This document shows positions 19,467 to 29,452 of a stretch of 64,000 nucleotides of DNA, one piece after another. The DNA is from an uncultured Propionibacteriaceae bacterium. Lineage in GTDB: Bacteria > Actinomycetota > Actinomycetes > Propionibacteriales > Propionibacteriaceae. Under the pieces are notes generated by a model. It worked only from the letters and a program-made list of their open reading frames with translations, did no database searches and was not told the origin of the DNA. A program made the position numbers and the translations under genes. The stretch lies in NCBI GenBank assembly GCA_964421325.1, contig CAYQXH010000002.1:6159-70158 (forward strand). The letters run 5' to 3'. Position 1 is the stretch's first letter, and each line of letters starts with the position of its first letter.

Positions 19467-20533
19467 GCGTTTCCTGCCGGGCCGCGCTCGCCCGGCGCGG
19501 CTTCGACGTCGGGATCGAGGTCGGCGCAGGCGAGCGGGTGGCCGTCCTCGGCCCGAACGGTTCCGGGAAGTCGACCCTGCTCGGCATCCTCGCCGGCACG
19601 CTCCGTCCGGACGCCGGCACAGCGCGGGTGGGTGACCAGACCCTCTTCGACCTCGGCGCCGGGAAGCGCTCCTGGCTGCCGCCCCACCGCCGCGGGGTGG
19701 CCCTCCTCGCCCAGGACCCACTGCTGTTCCCGCACCTGAGCGTGGTCGACAACGTGGCCTTCCCGCCGCGCGTGACCGGCGTTGCGAAGGCGGAGGCACG
19801 TTCCCGGGCTGAGCGCTGGCTCGAAGAGGTCGGCGCTGCGCAACTGGCCGGCCGGCGGCCGGGACAGCTCTCCGGCGGCCAGGCCCAACGGGTGGCGATC
19901 GCCAGGGCGCTGGCCGCCGAACCCCGGCTGCTGCTCCTGGACGAGCCGATGGCTGCCCTGGACGTGTCGGTGGCCCCGGTCCTGCGCCGGGTGCTGCGCC
20001 GGGTCCTCGCCGGCCGCACGATGCTCATCGTCACCCACGACCTGGTGGACGCGTTCCTGCTGTCCGACCGGGTGATCGTGCTGGAGCACGGCCGGGTGGT
20101 CGAGTCGGGCCCGACCGAGGAGACGCTGCGGAACCCGCGAGCCCGGTTCACCGCCCGGCTCGCCGGCCTGAACCTGGTCAAGGGCGCCCTCGCCGGCAGT
20201 GGCGTGGTGGAGCCGGGCGGCCTCCGGATCGACGGGACCAGGAAGGATGGCGAGGAACTGCTCGACGGCGACCCGGCGGCGGCCGTGTTCTCGCCTGGCG
20301 ACGTGTCGATCTTCCCGGTCGCGCCGGCCGGCAGCCCGCGGAACAACCTGCGGGTGCGGATCGCAGAACTGGAGCCCAGGGGTGACCTGGTGCGTGTCCG
20401 CGGCGACGACCGGCACGGTCACTTCATCGCCGCCGACGTGACCCCACTGTCCGTGGCTGAACTGGACCTCTACCCCGGGCGCGAGGTCGTCTACACGATC
20501 AAGGCGGCCGCTGTGACCATCTACCCTGCCTGA
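19463..20533 (+). CDS. modC: Molybdate ABC transporter ATP-binding protein
   Basis: [20 protein letters not shown]-terminal GSPRN/TOBE. Confidence 0.92.
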   Translation: MSVSCRAALARRGFDVGIEVGAGERVAVLGPNGSGKSTLLGILAGTLRPDAGTARVGDQTLFDLGAGKRSWLPPHRRGVALLAQDPLLFPHLSVVDNVAFPPRVTGVAKAEARSRAERWLEEVGAAQLAGRRPGQLSGGQAQRVAIARALAAEPRLLLLDEPMAALDVSVAPVLRRVLRRVLAGRTMLIVTHDLVDAFLLSDRVIVLEHGRVVESGPTEETLRNPRARFTARLAGLNLVKGALAGSGVVEPGGLRIDGTRKDGEELLDGDPAAAVFSPGDVSIFPVAPAGSPRNNLRVRIAELEPRGDLVRVRGDDRHGHFIAADVTPLSVAELDLYPGREVVYTIKAAAVTIYPA

Positions 20534-20611
20534 GCTGCCACCTAGGCTGAACCCGACGGGCGTTCGAACCAACAGCTGGCGCCCGGCACCGAACAGAACT
20601 GGAGTCGCCGA

Positions 20612-21451
20612 ATGGCGCAGAAGACCATCCTCATCACCGGCGCATCCGACGGCATCGGGGCCGCGTCCGCCCGCAGCCTGGCAGCGAAGGGCGAGCGGGT
20701 GCTCCTCGTCGGCCGGAACGCCGGCAAGACGGCAGCGGTGGCGAGGGCCACCGGAGCTGAACCGTTCGTCGCCGACTTCTCCCGCCTCGACGAGGTCCGC
20801 GCGCTTGCCGACCAGGTCAAGGACCGGCTCGACGGGAGCCTCGATGTGCTCGCCAACAATGCCGGCGGGATCTTCGGCGATCGCCTCGTCACCGCAGACG
20901 GCTTCGAGTACACCTTCCAGGTGAACCACCTGGCACCCTTCCTGCTCACCCAGCTGCTCATGGACGAGCTGCTGGCCGCGACCGGCAGCGTGGTCAACAC
21001 CTCCAGCGTGGCGTCCCGGCTGTTCGGCAACCTGGACATCGACGACCTCGGCAACGAGCGGAACTACAGCCCCGCCAAGGCCTATGGCGATGCGAAGCTC
21101 GAGAACATCCTGTTCACCCGCGCACTGCACGCGCGCTTCCACGACCGGGGCCTGAGCACCATGGCCTTCCACCCTGGAAACGTCGCCACCAACTTCGCTG
21201 CAGACACCACCAACCCGATGCGGTTCATCTACCACACCCCGCTCCGGCGGCTGGCCCTGATCTCCGCAGACAAGGGTGGAGCCAACCTCACCTGGGCGAT
21301 CGAGGGCAGGCCCGGCGCCGACTGGGAGTCCGGGGAGTACTACGACCAGCGCAGGCCGGCGAAGCGGTTCAACCCCCAGATGCTGGATGCGGAGCTCGCC
21401 GATCGGCTCTGGGACCGCAGCACCGAAATGGTCAGCGTTCCCACCAGGTAG
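20612..21451 (+). CDS. SDR family oxidoreductase (retinol dehydrogenase-like)
   Basis: TGASDGIG, NNAG, VNHLAPFLLT, YGDAK. Confidence 0.92.
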   Translation: MAQKTILITGASDGIGAASARSLAAKGERVLLVGRNAGKTAAVARATGAEPFVADFSRLDEVRALADQVKDRLDGSLDVLANNAGGIFGDRLVTADGFEYTFQVNHLAPFLLTQLLMDELLAATGSVVNTSSVASRLFGNLDIDDLGNERNYSPAKAYGDAKLENILFTRALHARFHDRGLSTMAFHPGNVATNFAADTTNPMRFIYHTPLRRLALISADKGGANLTWAIEGRPGADWESGEYYDQRRPAKRFNPQMLDAELADRLWDRSTEMVSVPTR

Positions 21452-21974
21452 CTGCGGGGCCGGCGGGCTGGTGGTACTCAGCGGTCCGCCGGGAGCGGGA
21501 GAGCAGTGCTGGCACGACCAACCAGAGCAGGACGAAACCGACCAGGCAGACCCCGCCGGCCAGCAGGCCGTTGGGCAGGCCGGCGACGAAGCCGAAAATC
21601 AGGGTGACCACCAGGACGACAGTGGTCGCCAGGCAGGCAAGACCGGCCTTGGCCAGCAGGTCACCCGAAGCGACCAGCTGATCCTTGGCGTGCCGGCGGA
21701 ACAGCAACCGATGAGCAGCTGCCGGCGCGATGATCAGTGCTGTGGTGAGGGTGCCCGTTGCCACGGCTGCAAGGAAGACAGCCACCAGTGTCGGCTCCAG
21801 CTCGCCGAAGCGCGACTGGAACGGCAGCGTCATCAGGAAGCCGGAGAGGATCTGGATCCCGGTCTGCGTGACCCGCAACTCCTGGAGCAGCTCGATCCAG
21901 TTCCGGTCGAGCCGCTCGGCCGGTGTCTCGCCGCGCTCGGAGGTGGGCTCGGGCTCTCGCTCCGGCTCGGTCAC
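21432..21974 (-). CDS. DUF6328 family membrane protein
   Basis: ETPAERLDRNWIELLQELRVTQTGIQILSGFL; GGAGG RBS; CGCTTG-N15-GGGTAC upstream. Confidence 0.88.
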   Translation of the reverse strand: MTEPEREPEPTSERGETPAERLDRNWIELLQELRVTQTGIQILSGFLMTLPFQSRFGELEPTLVAVFLAAVATGTLTTALIIAPAAAHRLLFRRHAKDQLVASGDLLAKAGLACLATTVVLVVTLIFGFVAGLPNGLLAGGVCLVGFVLLWLVVPALLSRSRRTAEYHQPAGPAATWWER

Positions 21975-22030
21975 GACTCCTCCCTCCTGTCCGGCTCTCG
22001 TACCCAACCGGCGCAGGGGGCAAGCGTGGC

Positions 22031-22456
22031 TCACTTCAGGATGCGCCGCAGCCCCACCTGGTAGGCCGCCCGCCCGACCCGGCCGACCACCGGGTCGAGC
22101 CAGCGTGGGAGCCAACCGACGGTCAGCTGCTGTCGCCACTCCACGTCGGCCCCACCGGCCGTCGGTGTCACCGTCCACCCCACGCGGCCGGTGATGACCC
22201 GACCGAGCTTGGCGACTTCGACAGCACCGGGGCTGTCGCCGGCCGGTACACGGAGCACCTCCACAACCATGGGATCGTCGAACCCCAGCGGGCCGATCCC
22301 GGTCCTCGCGCTGAATCGCTGGCCGACCCGTGGCTCGCCCTCGTGCCGCAATCGCGTCAGCGGGATCGCGGCGGAATGCGCGTCCCAGTCGACCAGACGC
22401 CGGAAGCAGTCCTCGGCCGACCTCGACGTCGAAACCCGAATGCTGAAGTCGGCCAC
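22031..22456 (-). CDS. SRPBCC family protein
   Basis: LVDWDAHSAAIPLT, GPLGFDDPMVV, KLGRVITG. Confidence 0.8.
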   Translation of the reverse strand: MADFSIRVSTSRSAEDCFRRLVDWDAHSAAIPLTRLRHEGEPRVGQRFSARTGIGPLGFDDPMVVEVLRVPAGDSPGAVEVAKLGRVITGRVGWTVTPTAGGADVEWRQQLTVGWLPRWLDPVVGRVGRAAYQVGLRRILK

Positions 22457-22711
22457 GACTCTCCCCCGTCCCGGAACCAGGCTGGCCCTCGGTCCACCAT
22501 GCCACGGGGCTGCGGATGCCGTCGGCCCCTGCCGGCGGGGCCGAGACCACTGCGCACGTCGCGCCGCCGGGAGGGAGTTCCGCCACTAAGCTGACCGTCA
22601 CGCACCGGAAGCGGCACGCCGCCCGGCTCGCTCAACGCCGAGGGAAGCCCGGGGTGCGGCGCACTCGGTCGAGGGTGCGTTCGGGAGAGCCAAGGAAGAA
22701 GGACTGGGTCT

Positions 22712-24265
22712 GTGGCAGTGCAGCGGATACTGATTCGTGCTGGTCGGCCACCCCACGCGGCCCTTTCGCTGGAGGCGGCCTACGCCTACCGGGGTGGCTT
22801 GGGCACGGTGTCCACCAACTCGGGAAACCTCCTCTTCCAGGACGCCGTCTACCGCACCCTGGCCACACCGGGTGCCGAGTTGGTCGTCGATTCGCTTGCG
22901 ACCGAGCGACCTGGCGTCGACCAGGTCCACATCGACCGGATCAACGACGAGTTCGACGTTGTCGTCCTGCCGTTGGCGAACGCCTTCCGGCCCGACTTCG
23001 TCAACCCGCTCAACCGGTTGACCGACGTCGTCGAGAAGCTGGACCTCCCGGTGGTGGTGACCGGCGTCGGCGGGCAGCTGGACATCGCCGCCGACCCGAC
23101 CTCGGCTTCACCCGAGGTGGACGAGGCCACCACCCGGTTCGTCCGCGCGGTCCTCGAACGCTCCGAGTCGATCGGCGTCCGGGGTGAGATCACCTTGCAG
23201 TACCTGACCCATCTGGGCTTCCCGGCGGACCGCATCGACATCGTCGGCTGTCCCTCCATGCACCTGGCCGGACCCGAGGCCGTGGTCGGGAAGCGGAGCG
23301 AGCACCTCGACCCCGACGCGCGGCTCGCGATCAGCCTCACCCCGTCCGTTGCGGCCATGCGCACCATCCTCGAGACCAACCATCGGCGTTACCCCAACCT
23401 CACCTACCTCGCCCAAGACAGCGAGACCCTCGGCCTGCTGCTGTGGGGCCAGGAGTTCGCGAGCCCGCCCGGCATGCCGGGTTCGCTCGACCACTACCTG
23501 TACCAGGAAGACAAGATCAGGTACTTCGTCGACCCCCAGCCGTGGCTGGACTTCCTGACCGACTGCGACTTCGCGTTCGGCAGCCGCATCCATGGCTGCA
23601 TGGCAGCGCTCATGGCAGGCACGCCGGCCTTCCTCCTGGCGCACGACTCGCGGACCCTCGAGCTGGCGCAGTTCCACCGGATCCCGTTCGAGACCGTCCC
23701 CGCGGAACCGCGGGCCGAGGATGCCCACCGGTACGACGCAGCAGAGCTCTTCGACCGCACCGACCTGACGGAGTTCAACCGGGCCAGGGCCGGGAACCAC
23801 GCCGCCTGGCTGGCCTTCCTCGACCGCAATCACCTGGCGCACACCTGGAACGAGCCCAACCCCGACTACGCGGCCCGGCTTGCGGAGACCCGCTACTCCC
23901 CCGGCGCCCGGCCCATCACCTCGGCCACCCGGGAGGAGCTCACCTCACGGATCACCTGGCTGCACCAGGGGGTGCAGGACGGTGACCGGTTGCGCACCTT
24001 CGGCTCCTACCAGCCCGAGTTCATCCCCGAGAAGGCGCGGCAGCTGAACACGGCCGATTCCTTCCGCCAGCAGCAGGAACGCATCAACGACCTGCGCACG
24101 CGGCTTCGGGCCCAGGATCAGCAGTTGCGGCAGCTGACCGGTCAGCTCGAGAAGCAGGGCAAGCAGCTCGCCGCCCTGCTGGCACCAAAGCCGAGCCTGG
24201 CCAGGCGGGTCGTCCGCAAGCTGCGCTCGCTCACGTCGAGCCCGACGACCAAGCCGGCAGGCTGA
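22712..24265 (+). CDS. Polysaccharide pyruvyl transferase family protein with C-terminal coiled coil
   Basis: NSGNLLF, SIGVRGE, GCPS, FAFGSRIHG, HDSRTLEL; Q/R/L-rich heptads near the C-terminus. Confidence 0.88.
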   Translation: MAVQRILIRAGRPPHAALSLEAAYAYRGGLGTVSTNSGNLLFQDAVYRTLATPGAELVVDSLATERPGVDQVHIDRINDEFDVVVLPLANAFRPDFVNPLNRLTDVVEKLDLPVVVTGVGGQLDIAADPTSASPEVDEATTRFVRAVLERSESIGVRGEITLQYLTHLGFPADRIDIVGCPSMHLAGPEAVVGKRSEHLDPDARLAISLTPSVAAMRTILETNHRRYPNLTYLAQDSETLGLLLWGQEFASPPGMPGSLDHYLYQEDKIRYFVDPQPWLDFLTDCDFAFGSRIHGCMAALMAGTPAFLLAHDSRTLELAQFHRIPFETVPAEPRAEDAHRYDAAELFDRTDLTEFNRARAGNHAAWLAFLDRNHLAHTWNEPNPDYAARLAETRYSPGARPITSATREELTSRITWLHQGVQDGDRLRTFGSYQPEFIPEKARQLNTADSFRQQQERINDLRTRLRAQDQQLRQLTGQLEKQGKQLAALLAPKPSLARRVVRKLRSLTSSPTTKPAG

Positions 24266-24283
24266 TCCGGACCGGTCTCCGGG

Positions 24284-25003
24284 TCACCAGAGCCCGTAGA
24301 TGGGCCCGACGAAGAAGTAGGCCACCAGCCCGATCGTGTTGTTGAAGCCGTGGGCGAGGACGGCCGCCCAGAGGCTGCGGTAGCGGAACCGGAGCCAGGT
24401 GAAGAACAGGGCATCGATACCGGTGACCACGATGCCGATCAGGCCCTGTGCGGTGTGTGCCCAGCCGAAGGCCGCCGCTGCCAGCACGGCGGCCGCTACG
24501 GTGGCCGGAACAGAGCTCCCGAGCACATCCCGGACGCGGGTCAGCAGGAAGCCGCGGTAGGCGATCTCCTCGCCGCAGGCGGCCAGCGTCCACGACAAGC
24601 CCAGCAGCACCAGCAGCAGCCCGAGGTTGCCCTGCACCGGTGCGAACTGGCTGACGTCCTGGCGCAGACCGGTGAGGTGTTCGAGCACCGGGATGGTCAG
24701 CCCGATCGTCACCAGGGTCCAGAGCACGGCGAAGCCGAGGATCTGCAGCGGCCACCAGCGGGCCCGTGGCCGCACCAGCCCAAGGGTGGCCGGGGACTCC
24801 CGCCGGACAACCAGGGACAAGGCTGCCAGCCCCAGCAGGACGAGCGTGGGCAGGAACAGGCCGAGGGCGACCGTCACCAGCGCCAGCGCCACTTCCGCGG
24901 CGGCGACCCAGCGCCACGGCGGGCTGGTTGCCGACCTGCGGGGCGAAGGTTCCGATACAACGACAGCGTTGCCGTCGGTCTGCTCGAGAGTCGAGTCGTC
25001 CAT
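24284..25003 (-). CDS. CPBP (CAAX/Abi) intramembrane metalloprotease
   Basis: GEEIAYRG, FGWAH, AHGFNN motifs. Confidence 0.92.
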   Translation of the reverse strand: MDDSTLEQTDGNAVVVSEPSPRRSATSPPWRWVAAAEVALALVTVALGLFLPTLVLLGLAALSLVVRRESPATLGLVRPRARWWPLQILGFAVLWTLVTIGLTIPVLEHLTGLRQDVSQFAPVQGNLGLLLVLLGLSWTLAACGEEIAYRGFLLTRVRDVLGSSVPATVAAAVLAAAAFGWAHTAQGLIGIVVTGIDALFFTWLRFRYRSLWAAVLAHGFNNTIGLVAYFFVGPIYGLW

Positions 25004-25129
25004 CAGGTCTCCGGGTGCATCAGGAGCTCATGACCGAGCTTGCGCAGAGGCTATCGCGCCGGGGTTCGTCGCGGGCGCGAAATGCCGGGATCGCCCCCGC
25101 CCCCGGGGCCGGTAGAGTATCCGATCGTC

Positions 25130-26608
25130 ATGCAGCCACCAGCGAGCCCAGGCAGCCGGCCGTCGCGATTGAAGCAGGCGGTCCGCTGGACGCTGGTCAC
25201 GCTCACCCTGGTCCTGTTGGCGATCGCCGGGTGGATCCGGTTCCGGTTCGGCCCGGTGACCCTCGAGCAGATCCTGCTGAACCTGCCGACCCATGCCGGC
25301 GAGAATGCTGGCAGCCCGGCTCTGGTCCTTGAGGCGGGACTGGTCTGCGTCGGCTTGCCGCTGGTCACGGTCGGTGTCGCATCGCTGGCTGCTCGCCGCT
25401 GGCGACGTCGGGCACTCCGGCCGCTGCGCCGGCCCCTCACCCTCGCTGCGCTTGCCTTCACCGTGTCGCTGAGTGTGCTGCTCACCGTCGCCGGCGTCCC
25501 GCAGTACGCGACGGCAATGCTCACCAATCGCTCGATCGCGCCCTACTACCTGAAGCCCGCGGTCACCGGCGGTCCGGCGAAGCCGCGCAACCTGGTGACC
25601 ATCTACCTGGAGTCGGGCGAGAACACGTTCGCCGATGAGTCGGTCTTCGGCCAGAACCTGCTGAGCGAGCTCGACCGGGCGACCGCGGGCTGGGCGAGAC
25701 TCGAGGGCCTGCAGCAGTACCCCGGTGGTGGCTGGACGATGTCCGGCGTGGTCGCCACCGAGTGCGGGATCCCGCTGAAGAGCCGCCTGCTGACTGACGG
25801 GATGAACCTCAACAACCTTGGCGAGAAGCTGACCGACTACCTGCCCGGTGCAACGTGTCTGGGCGACATCCTCGCCGACCACGGCTACACGAGCGTGTTC
25901 CTCGGCGGTGCGAACACCCACTTCGCCGGGAAGGGCACCTTCCTCGCCGACCACGGCTACGCCCGGGCCGAGGGCCTCACCGAATGGGAGGCGAGGGGCG
26001 AGAGCCGCTCCGAGATCGGGGTGTGGGGCCTGTCGGACCACCGCCTGTTCGCCAACGCGGAGAAGACGATCGACAGGCTCGAGGCGGCGGGCGAGCCGTT
26101 CAACCTCACCCTGCTCACCCTCGACACCCATGAGCCCGGTGGCGTCTTCCCCAGCTGCACCACCCCGGACAAGGTGCAGATGGCGACGGCGATCAAGTGC
26201 TCGATGCGCGCGGTGGCCGGTTTCCTCGACCACCTGGAGTCCAGCGGACTCCTGGAGGACACCGTGGTGATCGTGCTCGGCGATCACCTGAAGGCCACCA
26301 GCGAGGGCGGCTACTTCAAGGACGAGCTCGAACGCACGCCGGACCGCACCATCATCTTCCGGGTCTGGAGCCCTGACGGGGTCTCCTTCAGCAGGGACCG
26401 GGCCGACCAGCTCAGCGTGCTGCCATCGACCCTCGAGCTGCTCGGCTTCGACCTGCCCGCCGGACGGGCCGGTCTCGGCGTCTCGTTCGTCGAGCAGCAT
26501 CCACTTGACGACACCGCCCTTGAACTGGCCGACGCCGAGTACCGGGCCGTCGTGACCTCACCGTCATCGGAGCTCTACCGGGAGCTCTGGGGCGGCCAGG
26601 AGCCGTAG
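25130..26608 (+). CDS. LTA synthase/phosphoglycerol transferase (OpgB-like) sulfatase-fold protein
   Basis: Three N-terminal TMs; NLVTIYLES, GWT catalytic Thr, TLDTH, GDH. Confidence 0.85.
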   Translation: MQPPASPGSRPSRLKQAVRWTLVTLTLVLLAIAGWIRFRFGPVTLEQILLNLPTHAGENAGSPALVLEAGLVCVGLPLVTVGVASLAARRWRRRALRPLRRPLTLAALAFTVSLSVLLTVAGVPQYATAMLTNRSIAPYYLKPAVTGGPAKPRNLVTIYLESGENTFADESVFGQNLLSELDRATAGWARLEGLQQYPGGGWTMSGVVATECGIPLKSRLLTDGMNLNNLGEKLTDYLPGATCLGDILADHGYTSVFLGGANTHFAGKGTFLADHGYARAEGLTEWEARGESRSEIGVWGLSDHRLFANAEKTIDRLEAAGEPFNLTLLTLDTHEPGGVFPSCTTPDKVQMATAIKCSMRAVAGFLDHLESSGLLEDTVVIVLGDHLKATSEGGYFKDELERTPDRTIIFRVWSPDGVSFSRDRADQLSVLPSTLELLGFDLPAGRAGLGVSFVEQHPLDDTALELADAEYRAVVTSPSSELYRELWGGQEP

Positions 26609-26728
26609 CGCCGGGCGGCCTCCCGCTTGGTGAGGTCGGCCGCGTCGGCGAGCCAGGTGACGGTGGCCCAGTGCTGAAGCCGGGCAGTTCCGCAGCGCCC
26701 TTGGCATCCGGACTTCGACAACCCGAGC

Positions 26729-28402
26729 TCAGGCCGACCCGTCTCCCGCAGACCTGACCCAGAGCCAACGGAAGCCGTAGCCGCCGAGGCCCAACTCCAG
26801 ATCGCCGTCGTGGGCCACCGACTCGCCGCCGAGCAGATCCTCCACCAGGTCGTCGGGCCGCAACACCCCCGACAGCATGACGGTGGCCGGAGCCGCGGAG
26901 AAGTTGTGCACCGCCACCACCGCTGCCCCGTCCAGCACCATCCGGTGCGCCAGCACCGTCCGGGCCGGTTGCTCGATCACCTCGAACTCGCCCCAACCGA
27001 CCTCCGGATGCTTGCGCCGGATGCCGATCAGCCTGCGCATGAACGACCAGAGGGAGCCCGGGTCGTGCTCCTGGTCGGCCAGGTTGACGTGCTCGGGACC
27101 GTAGCCGTCCGGCGTCACCCGCTGGATGAGCCGGCCGGGCCGGGCTGTCGAGAACCCGCCGTTGCGCTCCGGCTCCCACTGCATGGGCGTGCGGACGGCC
27201 ATCCGGCCGTCGGCGGCGAGGTCCTCCCCCATTCCGAGTTCCTCGCCGTAGTAGATGGTGGGCGTCCCGGGCAGGGAGAACATCAGGCTGTACGCCATCC
27301 GGATCCGCCGCGGGTCACCGCCGAGCATCGGGGGCAGGCGGCGCTTCAGCCCGCGGTCGTACACCTGCATCTCCGGCTCGGGGCCGAAGGCAGCGAACAC
27401 CTCCCGCCGCTGGGAATCGGTGAGCTTGTCCAGCGTGAGCTCGTCGTGGTTCCGCAGGAAGGTCGCCCACTGGCAGTTCGGGTGGATCCGCGGTCGGGTC
27501 CTGAGTGCCTTCACCAGTGGCGCTGGGTCTTCCCGCGCCAGCGCCAGGTAGGTCGCCTGCATGCTGATGAAGTCGAACATCATGTGGAGCTCGTCCCCGG
27601 ATTCCCCACCGAAGAACCGTCGCTGGTCGGCGTGCGGCACGTTCACCTCCCCCAGCAGCATCGAGTCACCCTTGCGCCGGGTCATGAAGGCACGCAGCTG
27701 CCGGATCACCAGGTGCGGATCGACGGCCATCGTCGGCGCCGCCGAGTCCTGGGTGTTCTGCATGATGAACGGCACTGCGTCAACGCGGAAGCCGTCGATG
27801 CCCAGCTGGAGCCAGAAACCGACGGTCCGCAGCAGCTCGTCCATGACCTTCGGGTTGGCGAGGTTGAGGTCGGGCTGGTGGGAGTAGAAGTGGTGCAGGT
27901 ACCACTGGCCGGTGCGCTCGTCGAAGGCCCAGATGCCGTCCTCCTCGCCGGGGAACACCACCTCGGCAGAGGTGTCGCCCGGCTCGGTGTCGCGCCACAC
28001 GTAGTAGTCCCGGTAGGGGTTCGCCAGGCTGGCCCGCGCAGCCTTGAACCACGGGTGCTGGTCGGAGGTGTGGTTGATGATCAGGTCGGCCACCACCCGC
28101 AGCCCGCGGTCGTGCGCGGTCCGGATCACCTCGACCAGCTCGCCGTGGTTCCCCAGGCGCGGGTCGATCCCGTAGAAGTCCTTGATGTCGTAGCCGTCGT
28201 CCCGGTCCGGGCTCGGATAGAACGGCATCAACCACAGGCAGTTGACACCCAGCTCGGCCAGGTAGTCGATCCGGGAGGCCAGACCGGCCAGGTCGCCGAT
28301 CCCGTCCCCGTTGGAGTCGGCGTAGGTCTCGATGTCGAGGCAGTAGATGATGGCGCTCTTCCACCACAGGTCGCTGGTGTCAGTGATCCGCACGCCTTCC
28401 AT
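26729..28402 (-). CDS. GH13 alpha-amylase family, trehalose synthase (TreS)-like
   Basis: DSNGDGIGD, DDGYDI, NHTSDQHPWF, GFRVDAVP, FLRNHDEL. Confidence 0.9.
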   Translation of the reverse strand: MEGVRITDTSDLWWKSAIIYCLDIETYADSNGDGIGDLAGLASRIDYLAELGVNCLWLMPFYPSPDRDDGYDIKDFYGIDPRLGNHGELVEVIRTAHDRGLRVVADLIINHTSDQHPWFKAARASLANPYRDYYVWRDTEPGDTSAEVVFPGEEDGIWAFDERTGQWYLHHFYSHQPDLNLANPKVMDELLRTVGFWLQLGIDGFRVDAVPFIMQNTQDSAAPTMAVDPHLVIRQLRAFMTRRKGDSMLLGEVNVPHADQRRFFGGESGDELHMMFDFISMQATYLALAREDPAPLVKALRTRPRIHPNCQWATFLRNHDELTLDKLTDSQRREVFAAFGPEPEMQVYDRGLKRRLPPMLGGDPRRIRMAYSLMFSLPGTPTIYYGEELGMGEDLAADGRMAVRTPMQWEPERNGGFSTARPGRLIQRVTPDGYGPEHVNLADQEHDPGSLWSFMRRLIGIRRKHPEVGWGEFEVIEQPARTVLAHRMVLDGAAVVAVHNFSAAPATVMLSGVLRPDDLVEDLLGGESVAHDGDLELGLGGYGFRWLWVRSAGDGSA

Positions 28403-28408
28403 GTACCC

Positions 28409-29365
28409 TCAGCGGACCGCAGGCAACACCCTCGAAGCGAACTCGTCGATGAACCGCGCCTGGTGCTGGCCGACGTGGTGCAGGTAGATGTCCTCGAAGC
28501 CGAGGTCGGCATACTCGCGGATCCAGGCCACGTGCTGCTCGAGGTCGGCCGAGATCCGCACCGACCCGTGTACCGACTCCAGCGTGACGTGCTCGGACGC
28601 GGCGTCGAAACCGGCCACAGAAGCCGTGTCCCAGGTGAGCGGGGCGGAGAACACGTTGGAGCGCCACTGGTCGAACGCGACGGCCTCCGCCTCGGCCAGC
28701 GTCGGCGCCCAGGAAAGGTGCAGCTGCAGCGCGAGCCGTCCGCGGCCGCCGGCGTCGGCATACCTGTGCACGATCTCGCGCAGGGTCTCGTGGTCCTGGT
28801 TCACCGTGATCAACCCGTCGGCCCAGCGGGCAACCCGGGCCGCGGATTCGATCGACACGACGGGGGCGATGAGGCTCGGCTGCTCCTCCGGTACGTCCCA
28901 GAGTCGGGCAGCCTCGACCCTGACCAGACCGTCGTGGCTCACCTCGGCGCCTCCGAGCAACCGCCGGATCACGTCCACGCACTCCTCCAGCCGCTGGACC
29001 CGCACCTCCTTGCGGGGCCAGCCCTCGCCCGTGACCACCTCGTTGATCGCCTCACCGCTACCAAGGGCCGTCCAGACTCGGCCGGGGAACATCTGGGCCA
29101 GCGTCGCGAGCTTCTGCGCCACGATCGCCGGGTGGTACCGCTGGCCGGGGGCGCAGACGCAGCCGAACTCCAGCTCCGTCGTCGCCAGCGCCGCCCCCAG
29201 CCAGGCCCAGGCGTAGCCCGAGTGCCCCTGCCGGCCCGACCACGGCTGGAAGTGGTCGGAGCACATGGCCAGCTCGAAGCCGGCCTGCTCGGCACGCTGG
29301 ACGTCTGCCAGCAGCTGTCGGGGCGAGATCTGCTCGTGGGAGGCGTGGAACCCGATGCGCGTCAT
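28409..29365 (-). CDS. TIGR03885-type FMN-dependent LLM class oxidoreductase
   Basis: MTRIGFHASHEQ, MCSDHFQPWS, APGQRYHPA, GSGEAINE. Confidence 0.9.
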   Translation of the reverse strand: MTRIGFHASHEQISPRQLLADVQRAEQAGFELAMCSDHFQPWSGRQGHSGYAWAWLGAALATTELEFGCVCAPGQRYHPAIVAQKLATLAQMFPGRVWTALGSGEAINEVVTGEGWPRKEVRVQRLEECVDVIRRLLGGAEVSHDGLVRVEAARLWDVPEEQPSLIAPVVSIESAARVARWADGLITVNQDHETLREIVHRYADAGGRGRLALQLHLSWAPTLAEAEAVAFDQWRSNVFSAPLTWDTASVAGFDAASEHVTLESVHGSVRISADLEQHVAWIREYADLGFEDIYLHHVGQHQARFIDEFASRVLPAVR

Positions 29366-29416
29366 CGCCCAAGTGCAGCCGACGCCGGCGGCCGGTGCAA
29401 TGCGAAAGTACCGAAC

Positions 29417-29442
29417 CTGCCACGGTGCCACCGTGGTGGCAG
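29417..29442. promoter_or_regulatory. Palindromic site in divergent intergenic region
   Basis: CCACGGT-GCC-ACCGTGG (29420-29436) overlapping CTGCCAC...GTGGCAG. Confidence 0.4.
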
Positions 29443-29452
29443 ACTCGGCTGC

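Noticed and set aside
26810-29452. 1237-aa + strand ORF (26810-30523) as one giant protein
   Set aside because: The first ~880 codons are the antisense shadow of the amylase and LLM genes; the real gene starts at 29453
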